A DNA stretch of 64,000 nucleotides from an uncultured Acidobacteriota bacterium (GTDB lineage: Bacteria; Acidobacteriota; Thermoanaerobaculia; Multivoradales; JAHEKO01), in contig CAVQNG010000014.1 in NCBI GenBank assembly GCA_963713825.1, positions 192,001 through 256,000 of the forward strand. The letters are read 5' to 3'. The notes beneath the pieces are model-generated. The model was not told the origin of the DNA and did no database searches. It was given only the letters and a program-made list of their open reading frames with translations. Positions 10,854 to 19,374 of this stretch are shown piece after piece (position 1 is the stretch's first letter; each line of letters starts with the position of its first letter). Position numbers and translations under genes: made by a program.

Positions 10854-13261
10854 CTGGGCCTGTTTGTCAGCTCGGAGCTGGTGCTCTCAATTTGGATGGC
10901 TGCAGTCTGTTGATTCCCGATGTGCAGTCCGAGCCGCTGCCGATCCTGCCGGTCGAACCGGCCCCCTGCACTCAGGCATGTCCCGCGGGCATCAACGTCA
11001 AGGCCTACGTCTCGCTGATCGCCGAGAGCCGGTTTGCAGAAGCCCTGCAGGTAGTTCGGCAACACTGTCCCCTGCCCGGAATCTGTGGTCGGATCTGTCA
11101 TCACCCATGTGAAGCGGTATGTCGCCGGGGAACCGTCGATGAGCCTATCGCTATCCGCGCCTTGAAGCGATTCGTCGCTGATCTCGCGGTTGCTGAGGCT
11201 CCACCTGCACCCTGGCCACTAGTTGACCAGGAAGCCAAGGTGGCAGTCGTAGGGTCTGGTCCGGCGGGCTTGACTGCCGCTTACGACCTGCGTCGCCTCG
11301 GGTATCCGGTGACGATCTTCGAAGCCGAGCCGGAGGCTGGAGGCATGCTGCGCTATGGAATCACCGAGTATCGGCTGCCCAGGGATGTTCTGGATACGGA
11401 GATCGGGTATCTCAGCGGGGTCGGTCTCAACTTTGAGACCGGTTGTCGCGTCGGGGTGGACCTGCAGTTGGAAGAGATGCTGGAGCAGGGCTTCGTGGCG
11501 ACCTTGCTGGCCGTGGGCGCTCAGCGCGGACGCCCTCTGAGAGTTCCTGGATCTGAGTCCTGTGCAGGAGTCGAGGATGCTCTGGCCTTCTTGCGTCGCG
11601 TCAACCACGGTGACCGATCGCTGGTAAGGGGTCGAGTCGTGGTGATCGGCGGCGGCTCGACAGCGGTCGAGGCGGCACGCTCGGCACTGCGCCTCGGCGC
11701 CGACTCCGTGGACATACTCTACCGGCGGTATCGTGAGGAGTTGTTGGCTGATGAGGAGGAGATCCGGGCAGCGGAGTCGGAGGGCATTGCGTTCAGATTC
11801 CTGGTGGCTCCAACTCGCCTGATCATGGGAGACGGGACTCTTCAGGCCCTGGAGTGCGTGAGGGTCGGACTGGGAGAACCAGATGCCTCGGGCCGGCGCA
11901 GACCCATCCAGATTCCAGGCAGCGAGTTCAGGGTAGAGACAGACCGAGTCCTGGCCGCTATCGGTCAGGCGGCCGATCTTGATTTCATGCCTCCCGAGAT
12001 CCTGTCACAACTGACGGAGAACGAATTGTTGCGGACCGATCCGCTGACAGCGATGACAGGCCTGCAGGGAGTTTTCGCGGCTGGCGATGCTGTCTCAGGC
12101 CCAGCGACGGTTATCGATGCTATCGCCGCCGGTCACAAGGCCGCCGAGGCGATTCATCACTATCTGGAGGAGGGCAGGCCCTCGATAGCATCGCAGCCGC
12201 CGGAGATGCGGGCACCGGTGGAATACGGTCTACCTGATTCACCGCCAGTGACCGCGGAGAGGGGTCGTCCTGAGCTCCGAAGCGTCAAGTCGGGCGCCGA
12301 ATTTGCGGAGGTGGAGAGGCCTTTCGAGAAAGCCGAGGCTGTGGACGAGGCGAGACGGTGCCTGCGTTGTGGGCCTTGCGGCGAGTGTCGTGTGTGCGCT
12401 CCTTCCTGCCGCCGACGCCACGTCCTGCTGCGGTTTCCCGATGGCGATGGAGCTGTCAGCCGGAGCCCGGTTCTGCTGCGAGCTCCAGGCAACGTCGCCA
12501 TGGGATTGAGCACTCGATCGACGGCACAGGCCCAGTTGTTGCCCGAGAGCCGTCCTCGGCTGCTGAGGGAGGTGTCGGCGAGCGAAGGTGACCTCGTGGA
12601 GATCGCGCCATTGAGGGTGCAGATTGTGGAGGAGCAATGTCGGGGGTGCGGTCGCTGTGTCGAGGTCTGTCCGTTCGATGCAATCACGATGAGCGGTACA
12701 GAGCCGGAGCGCACCGCTCGCGTCGAGCCCTCACTCTGCCGCGGCTGCAACCTCTGCTGCGCTGTCTGTCCAACTGCAGCTGCGGAGCCCAATGCCCTGT
12801 CTGTTGCCTGGTGGGGATCCAGGCTGTCCGACGCTTTCGACGGTCGAGCCGAGGCGGTCCATGAAGCCGGGCCCATCGTGGTTCTCGCATGTCAAAGGAG
12901 AGCTGGATCGGTGGAGCCGACCCTCTATCAACACTCAGCCCACGTCGAGGTGATCCGGTTCCGCTGTGTCGGCCAGGTCGATGCCGGGATGCTGGTCGAG
13001 CTCTACCGCAGAGGGGCGAGCAGCGTGCTCGTTGCCGGCTGCCAGACCGAGCGTTGTCGGTTCGGCGAGGGCGCCCAACTGGCTACCGAGCAGGTGGCCA
13101 GGGCGGAGAGGTTGATCTCCGTGATGGGGGGTGGCGCCAAGAGTCTGAGGTCGGATTGGTCTGAGGACCGAGCCGGCGACCCCATCGAGCTGCCCGTTCT
13201 ACGCATGATCGCGGAAGTCTTCGGGGCGCGTCCGGGCCTTTCCGGGCGAGAGCCCTCTTGA
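10850..13261 (+). CDS. GltD/NfnB-like FAD-NAD(P)H oxidoreductase fused to 2x[4Fe-4S] ferredoxin and MvhD-like domains
   Basis: PCTQACP, ICGRICHHPCEAVC, GSGPAG, GGMLRYGI, IGGGSTA...YRR, FAAGD, EARRCLRCGPCGECRVC, CRGCGRCVEVCP, CRGCNLCCAVCP, then MvhD-like LAC...RFRCVGQVD...AGCQTERC. Confidence 0.88.
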   Translation: MTGPVCQLGAGALNLDGCSLLIPDVQSEPLPILPVEPAPCTQACPAGINVKAYVSLIAESRFAEALQVVRQHCPLPGICGRICHHPCEAVCRRGTVDEPIAIRALKRFVADLAVAEAPPAPWPLVDQEAKVAVVGSGPAGLTAAYDLRRLGYPVTIFEAEPEAGGMLRYGITEYRLPRDVLDTEIGYLSGVGLNFETGCRVGVDLQLEEMLEQGFVATLLAVGAQRGRPLRVPGSESCAGVEDALAFLRRVNHGDRSLVRGRVVVIGGGSTAVEAARSALRLGADSVDILYRRYREELLADEEEIRAAESEGIAFRFLVAPTRLIMGDGTLQALECVRVGLGEPDASGRRRPIQIPGSEFRVETDRVLAAIGQAADLDFMPPEILSQLTENELLRTDPLTAMTGLQGVFAAGDAVSGPATVIDAIAAGHKAAEAIHHYLEEGRPSIASQPPEMRAPVEYGLPDSPPVTAERGRPELRSVKSGAEFAEVERPFEKAEAVDEARRCLRCGPCGECRVCAPSCRRRHVLLRFPDGDGAVSRSPVLLRAPGNVAMGLSTRSTAQAQLLPESRPRLLREVSASEGDLVEIAPLRVQIVEEQCRGCGRCVEVCPFDAITMSGTEPERTARVEPSLCRGCNLCCAVCPTAAAEPNALSVAWWGSRLSDAFDGRAEAVHEAGPIVVLACQRRAGSVEPTLYQHSAHVEVIRFRCVGQVDAGMLVELYRRGASSVLVAGCQTERCRFGEGAQLATEQVARAERLISVMGGGAKSLRSDWSEDRAGDPIELPVLRMIAEVFGARPGLSGREPS

Positions 13262-13272
13262 GGAGTGGAGCG

Positions 13273-14460
13273 ATGAGAGACCTCATCCAGCTCAAGCAAT
13301 CGACGCATGCCGCACTCTGCCTGGAGTGCGGCAAGTGCAGCACGATGTGTCCGCTGGCCCGCTTCGGAGGGTTCTCGGCAGCTCGCATGATGTCGATTCA
13401 GGACCCGGAGGCGGAGATTCACGGCCATGCGGCCGCGGTCCAGCGCTGTCTGACTTGCGGCGCCTGTGAGGTTCGTTGTCCGCAGGGCGTTCGTTACACG
13501 GAGTTCATTCTTGGATTGCGGCCCGAGCTGCCTGAAGAGACCCGATGGTCTTGCCCGCATGGAGCGGTGTTTCAGGAGTCCGCTCGCTGGGCTGCGGATG
13601 GGGCGGTCAACGGGCGCAATACCGCTTGGCTGGAAGACGACCTGTTGGTTGCCGAGGAGGGGGAAGTCGGGCTGTTCGTCGGTTGCCTACCTCTTTTCGA
13701 TGTCGTTTTCGGGACGGAACTGGAAGTACGCATGGTGGAGATTGCGCGCGCCGCCATCAGACTCCTGAACCACTTTGAAATCGAGCCGGTAATTGTGACG
13801 GACGAGCGCTGCTGTGGCCATGACCTCCTGTGGAGTGGTGAGGAGGAGGCTTTCGAGAAGCTGGCTGTGGCGAATACGACCGCTTTTCAGGAGCGGGGTG
13901 TGCGCCACCTCCTGACAACTTGTGCCGAGTGTTGTCGCACCTGGAGCCTCGACTACCCGCGGTATGTGGAGACCTATCAACCTCGAGTGCAGCATCTCTC
14001 GGAGTTCCTGGCGGAGCGCGTGGAGCGCGACGAGATGAGCTTCCGAGATCTCGGGGAGGCCGGCGTCATGACGTTCCACGATCCGTGCAGGCTGGGCAGA
14101 CAGCTGGGGGTCTTCGACGCCCCGAGGATCGTAATGAACTCCCTACCGGGAAGTGAAGTCGTAGAGATGGAGCGATCGGGCGCTGATGCACAGTGCTGTG
14201 GCACTCCCGGTTTCATTCAGTGCAATCGGGACTCGCGACGGCTGCAAGCCCAGAGACTGGAGAGCGCAGCGGCGACGGGCGCCACCAAGCTGGTCACCGC
14301 TTGTCCGAAGTGTTTGATTCACTTTCGGTGTGCCCAGGCCGAGGATCGTCTCAATGAACGGCAGGGCGCAGGGATTCAGATCCAAGACCTCACGGTCCTC
14401 GCCGCGAGTCTGCTGGCGACAAAGAGAGAAGCGGAGAAGGATTCACCGTCAGAGTGCTAG
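13273..14460 (+). CDS. HdrD/GlpC-like Fe-S protein (HdrC-like ferredoxin + two CCG domains)
   Basis: CLECGKCSTMCP, CLTCGACEVRCP; FVGC...CCGH...CAEC; HDPC...CCGT...CPKC. Confidence 0.9.
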   Translation: MRDLIQLKQSTHAALCLECGKCSTMCPLARFGGFSAARMMSIQDPEAEIHGHAAAVQRCLTCGACEVRCPQGVRYTEFILGLRPELPEETRWSCPHGAVFQESARWAADGAVNGRNTAWLEDDLLVAEEGEVGLFVGCLPLFDVVFGTELEVRMVEIARAAIRLLNHFEIEPVIVTDERCCGHDLLWSGEEEAFEKLAVANTTAFQERGVRHLLTTCAECCRTWSLDYPRYVETYQPRVQHLSEFLAERVERDEMSFRDLGEAGVMTFHDPCRLGRQLGVFDAPRIVMNSLPGSEVVEMERSGADAQCCGTPGFIQCNRDSRRLQAQRLESAAATGATKLVTACPKCLIHFRCAQAEDRLNERQGAGIQIQDLTVLAASLLATKREAEKDSPSEC

Positions 14461-14475
14461 AGACAGGAGAGGTTC

Positions 14476-16956
14476 ATGACAGACCAAGCCTTGCGAATCG
14501 GTGTCTTCGTTTGCGATTGCGGACTGAACATCGCCGGCACAGTGGATACAGAAGAGGTAGCACGCTTTGCCGCCGACCTTCCCGATGTGGTCGCCGTGGT
14601 GCGCAATCGCTACACCTGCGCCGATCCGGGGCAGAACGAAATCAAGAAGGCCATCGCGGAGCACGATTTGAACCGGGTCGTGGTGGCATCCTGCACCCCG
14701 AAGATCCACGAACCGACCTTCCGCCACTGCGTGGCGGACACCGGGCTGAATCCCTATCTGGTCGAGATGGCCAACATACGAGAGCACTGCAGCTGGGTTC
14801 ACATTCAAGACCGGGAAGCGGCCACCGAGAAGGCGAAGGACCTGGTCCGCAGCGCGGTCGGGCGATCTCGGCTGCTGGAGCCTCAAGACGAGAAGATCTT
14901 CCCAGTGACGGACGCGGCGCTGGTGATCGGCGGCGGCGTGGCTGGCATCCAGGCGGCTCTCGAGCTGGCTGATGGTGGCCACCAGGTTTACCTGGTGGAG
15001 AAGGAACCCTCCATCGGCGGGCTCATGGCTGCGCTGGACAAGACATTCCCGACCATGGACTGCTCTATATGAATTCTCGGCCCTAAAATGATGGATGCCG
15101 GTCGGCATCCCCGCATCGAGTTACTGGTTGATTCCGAGGTCGAGAACATCACGGGCTTCGTAGGGAACTACAACGCCCAAGTACGTCGCCGCGCTCGCTT
15201 CGTCGACAGCGACGAATGCACCTCTTGTGGTGAATGCGAGAAAGTCTGCCCTGTGACCGTTGCTGACGAGTATCAGCAGGGCCTCTCTTCGCGCAAGGCC
15301 ATCTACCTACCTTTTCCGCAGGCAGTGCCTTCGGCCTTTAGCCTCGATGCCGAGTCCTGTCTGGGTTTCAATCCGATTGCCTGTGGCAAGTGCCTCGAGG
15401 TCTGCGACAAGAAGTGCATCGATTTCGATGCCACGGACGAGATCCGCGATCTCGAAGTGGGGACGGTCGTCGTTGCTACCGGAATGGAGGTCTACGACCC
15501 GCGAGAGAACGACGAGTACGGCTATACGCGATTCCCGAACGTCGTCACCAGCATGGAATTCGAGAGGTTGATCAACGCTGGTGGACCCACGGATGGAGAG
15601 TTGGTCCGACCTTCCGACCGCGAGGTGCCTTTGCGGGTCGGCTTCGTTCAGTGTGTCGGCTCTCGGTCCCTCCAACGCGGCGTGCCCTACTGCTCGAACA
15701 TCTGTTGCATGAATACGATCAAGGAGACGCTGCTGCTGGCAGACCATTTCCCGGAGAGTCGATCAACGGTCTACTACATGGATATCCGGGCCTTCGGCAA
15801 GGGCTTCGAGGACCTGTATCGGCGAAGTCGTGAGGCGGGCGTGCGCTACGTCAGAGGATTGCCTGGCAACGTGAGAGAGGCGCCCGAGTCCAACGACCTC
15901 ATCGTCGAGGTCGAGAACACGCTCACCGGAACGATGGAGGAGCATCGACTCGACATGCTGGTTCTGGCGGTAGGGATGGTGCCGCGGCGATCTAACGGCG
16001 ACGGCAAGCGAAGCATCGACGAGATCCTGAGCCTGTCGCACACCTCGGACGGTTTCGTCATGGAGGCCCACCCCAAGCTGAAGCCGGTCGATGCTCCGAC
16101 CCGCGGGGTCTATTTTGCCGGCTGCGTCGAGTCACCCAAGGACGTCAAGGACTCCGTTACCCAGGCAGGTGCCGCTGCCGGCAGAGCGGGCAACCTGTTG
16201 GGTGGCGGACAAGTGCGAATCGAGGCCATCACGGCGACGCTGGATGCGGATCGCTGTCAGCTCTGCACCATTTGTGCTCGTGTCTGTCCGTTTCACGCCA
16301 TCGAGCAAGCGGATAAGAAGAAGGGTCTTCTGCCGCAGTTCGTCGAGGCGGCCTGCGCGGGTTGCGGTACCTGCGCGGCGGAGTGTCCATTCGATGCCAT
16401 CGACATGCGTCATTTCGCTGACAGCCAGGTCCTGGCCCAAATCGATGGCATCTTGGCCGACAATCCGCTGCAGAAGATCGTCGGCTTCGCGTGCAACTGG
16501 TGCTCTTACGCGGGCGGGGATAACGCCGGAACCTCACGCCTCCAGTACCCGGCATCCGTTCGCCTCATCCGCACCATGTGCAGCGGCAGAGTCGACCAGG
16601 CCTTTATTTGGCACGCCTTTCGGAAGGGAGCGCCGCTGGTGTTGGTGTCGGGCTGCCACTTTACAGACTGCCATTACATCGACGCGGTGACTTGGACGCA
16701 GAAGCGAATAGAGAAAATCTGGTCGAAGATGGAAAAACTCGGCATCCGCCCCGAACGACTCCAGTTGGAGTGGATCTCGGCGGCGGAAGGTCAGAAGTTC
16801 GCTCGCGTCATGCAGGAGCTGGACAGCATGCTGCGGCAGGTAACGCCAAAGGAGGTCGAGGAGGGCATGCGAATTCTCGCCGAGGAAGACCTGGGAGCTG
16901 GTGTTCCCAAACTCCCGAAGAAGCGTAGAGAGCCGGTTCTCCCGATCCAGAACTGA
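14476..16956 (+). CDS. hdrA: Heterodisulfide reductase subunit A fused to MvhD; probable selenoprotein (TGA 15070-15072 = Sec), 826 aa
   Basis: ORFs 14476-15072 and 15088-16956 are in one frame: [22 protein letters not shown] matches HdrA KTFPTxDCxxCILxPKM. Also [27 protein letters not shown]...CSNICC, two ferredoxin pairs, C-terminal FACNWCSY...MCSGRV...GCHFTDCHY. Confidence 0.92.
15093..15110 (+). promoter_or_regulatory. Candidate bacterial SECIS hairpin
   Basis: GGATGCC-GGTC-GGCATCC perfect 7-bp stem; the loop begins 27 nt after the in-frame TGA and starts with G. Confidence 0.75.
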
Positions 16957-16979
16957 AGAACCATAAGAGGGATTCGATC

Positions 16980-17174
16980 ATGGCCAAGCAGATCAAGACG
17001 TTCTACTGTCTTCGCTGCCAGCATCGTTTTGCGATGGGTCATGACCCCAAAGAGGTGGTGGAGCGCAGCTGTCCACGATGTGGCAGCAACAGCGTCAGAT
17101 TGGAGACACCACAGGCTGCTGCCAGTCAAGCCTCTTTGGGGACGAGCAAAACCGGAAAAGGAGGGGTTGTATGA
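16980..17174 (+). CDS. Small Zn-ribbon/rubredoxin-like protein (64 aa)
   Basis: FYCLRCQHRF...CPRCGS; SD GAGGGG; ATGA overlap with the next gene. Confidence 0.75.
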   Translation: MAKQIKTFYCLRCQHRFAMGHDPKEVVERSCPRCGSNSVRLETPQAAASQASLGTSKTGKGGVV

Positions 17175-17644
17175 CGACAGTGGTATCCCAAAAGTGGATC
17201 GACGATGTCCTCGAGGAGCACAAGAGGCTTCGGGTGATGATTGCCGAGGTGCGACAGATCCTGACCGAGCCGAGGCCGGATGCCGGCCAGCCTGGAGCCC
17301 ATTCCTGGGCCGCCGATCTTTCGGTGCGTCTGGTCAGGCTCCATGACGAGCTGTTTCGCCACTTTCGCTTCGAAGAGTCCATGGGGCTAGTGGAAGATGT
17401 CATCGAGCGCCATCCTCGCGCTCTGGCAAGGCTCGAGGCGATCGTTGGCCAGCACCCGGACATGCTGCGTGACCTCAGGTCGATCATGACTGACGCTCTG
17501 ACCTACTCAGAGGGAAGCCTGCCGGAGGATCCTCGACTGCGGCAGAGGACGTTGACCTTGCTCGATGAGCTGCATCAGCACGAGCAGGAGGAGACCGACC
17601 TGTTTCAACGCCTGGAGTATCGAGACCAAGGCGCGATGGACTGA
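17171..17644 (+). CDS. Hemerythrin-like (HHE) domain protein
   Basis: EEH...HFRFEE...QH...HEQEE pattern; SD GGAGG before ATG 17171. Confidence 0.8.
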   Translation: MTTVVSQKWIDDVLEEHKRLRVMIAEVRQILTEPRPDAGQPGAHSWAADLSVRLVRLHDELFRHFRFEESMGLVEDVIERHPRALARLEAIVGQHPDMLRDLRSIMTDALTYSEGSLPEDPRLRQRTLTLLDELHQHEQEETDLFQRLEYRDQGAMD

Positions 17645-17858
17645 ATTGCGGAGCCCCTGCCAGTCTCACGGGGTGGGTCCTCAGCCCACCCAGGAAGGTG
17701 TTCAAAGGCGCCGCCGAGCTTGAGAACATAGCTCGGGTAAGGGCGAGGCCTCTGGTCGAATTCAGGCCCCGCGGACGGATACCCGGAAATCCAAGGGTCG
17801 GGCACGTCGAACCAGCTGGGTTCCGGCTGCCGTCAGGCCCCAACCGAAGGAGCGTCCT

Positions 17859-18743
17859 ATGGCGACAAAGGAACAATTCGTGGACACCTTTGTGGAGCTG
17901 ATACGGCGGGCATCGGCCGAGCTGCCGCCCGATGTCGTAGCGGCTCTCGAGCAGGGTAGGGACCAGGAAGCGACAGAGAGCCTGGCGCGCCAGGCACTGG
18001 TCACGATTCTCGACAATGTCGAGCTGGCCAAAGCCAAGTCGGCGCCGATCTGTCAGGACACAGGCACCCCCGTGGCCTGGGTCAGCTATCCCGAGGGGAC
18101 TAGCACCCGCTTGCTCGAACAGGCTATGCACGAGGCGGTCAGGGAGGCGACTGCCAAGAGTTATCTGCGTCCCAACGCCGTCGATACGCTGACGGGAAGA
18201 AACACCGGTGATGGCTCGGGCCGAGCCATTCCATTTCTGCATTTCGAGGAATGGGACGAGCCGAGGGTCGAGGTGCGACTGATCCTGAAGGGCGGGGGCT
18301 GCGAGAACGTCGGTGTGCAGTACAAGCTGCCTGATAGTGGTCTCCAGGCGGGGCGAGATCTGGAGGGCGTTCGACGGGTTGTTCTGGACGCGGTCGTCCA
18401 GGCCCAGGGAAAGGGCTGCGCTCCCGGCGTCCTGGGTGTCTGCATCGGAGGGGATCGGGTATCGGGATTCTCGGAGTCCAAATGTCAGCTTCTGCGTCCA
18501 CTCTCTGACACCCATCCGGTGCCGGAGTTGGCCGCAATGGAGGAGCGGTTGCTGAAGGAAGCCAACGAGTTGGGGATCGGCCCGATGGGGTTTGGCGGCC
18601 AGACCACGGTTCTGGGAGTCAAGATCGGTGTTCTGGACCGTCTGCCAGCTTCGTACTTTGTGACCATCAGCTACATGTGTTGGGCTGATCGGCGAGCCGC
18701 TGTCAGCCTCGACGAGGAAGGAGCGGCGACATGGCTGAACTGA
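17859..18743 (+). CDS. Class I Fe-S fumarate hydratase alpha subunit
   Basis: PICQDTG, LRPNAVD, KGGGCEN, GKGCAP, GIGPMGFGG, MCWADRR. Confidence 0.92.
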   Translation: MATKEQFVDTFVELIRRASAELPPDVVAALEQGRDQEATESLARQALVTILDNVELAKAKSAPICQDTGTPVAWVSYPEGTSTRLLEQAMHEAVREATAKSYLRPNAVDTLTGRNTGDGSGRAIPFLHFEEWDEPRVEVRLILKGGGCENVGVQYKLPDSGLQAGRDLEGVRRVVLDAVVQAQGKGCAPGVLGVCIGGDRVSGFSESKCQLLRPLSDTHPVPELAAMEERLLKEANELGIGPMGFGGQTTVLGVKIGVLDRLPASYFVTISYMCWADRRAAVSLDEEGAATWLN

Positions 18744-19318
18744 GCCTGCCTGTGGACGAAAGGACGGTGCGGGAACTGAAAGTAGGTGATGGTGTCGAGT
18801 TGACAGGCCGCATGATCACCGGCCGCGATGCCGCCCACAAGTGGTTGCTGGAGGACTATCGTGAAGAGGTAGCCCCCTATCTCGAGGGAACTGTCATCTA
18901 TCACTGCGGTCCGGTGGTGCGTCAACTGGACGATGGCACCTACGAGTTCGTGGCTGCTGGCCCCACGACCTCCATTCGAGAGGAGCCCTATCAGGCCGAT
19001 GTGATCGAAAAGTACGGTCTGAGAGGGGTCATTGGAAAGGGCGGCATGGGGCTACAGACTCTCGCTGGCCTCGAGAAGAGCGGTGCCCTGTATCTGCACG
19101 CTGTTGGTGGGGCGGCGCAGGTCCTGGCCCAGGCGGTACGGAAGGTCGAGCGAGTCTTCATGCTCGAGGAGTTCGGGGTTCCCGAAGCACTATGGGTCAT
19201 CGACGTGGTCAGGTTCCCCGTCATGGTGACGATGGATGCTCGGGGTGGATCGCTCCACACAGAGGTCGAGAAGAGCTCGAAAGCGCAGTTCGAGCGGCTA
19301 CTCGCCACGACAGCGTGA
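18731..19318 (+). CDS. Class I Fe-S fumarate hydratase beta subunit
   Basis: TGRDAAHK, YHCGP, AGPTTSIR, IGKGGM, GVPEA, MDARG. Confidence 0.92.
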   Translation: MAELSLPVDERTVRELKVGDGVELTGRMITGRDAAHKWLLEDYREEVAPYLEGTVIYHCGPVVRQLDDGTYEFVAAGPTTSIREEPYQADVIEKYGLRGVIGKGGMGLQTLAGLEKSGALYLHAVGGAAQVLAQAVRKVERVFMLEEFGVPEALWVIDVVRFPVMVTMDARGGSLHTEVEKSSKAQFERLLATTA

Positions 19319-19340
19319 AACTCCATCAGTGCAGATTTCC

Positions 19341-19370
19341 AGGCCCGGCATTGGACCGGGCCTTTTCTTT
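19341..19370 (+). terminator. Rho-independent terminator ending the redox operon
   Basis: AGGCCCGG-CATTGGA-CCGGGCCT followed by TTTCTTT. Confidence 0.85.
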
Positions 19371-19374
19371 GGCT

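Noticed and set aside
15070-15072. hdrA as a nonsense pseudogene or two separate genes
   Set aside because: The stop is TGA exactly at a conserved Cys column, the frame and motifs continue intact, and a SECIS-like hairpin follows, so Sec is more parsimonious
17690-17790. tRNA-Sec in the structured spacer (contains TTCAAA)
   Set aside because: No anticodon stem around TTCAAA and no T-arm or acceptor stem in cloverleaf order
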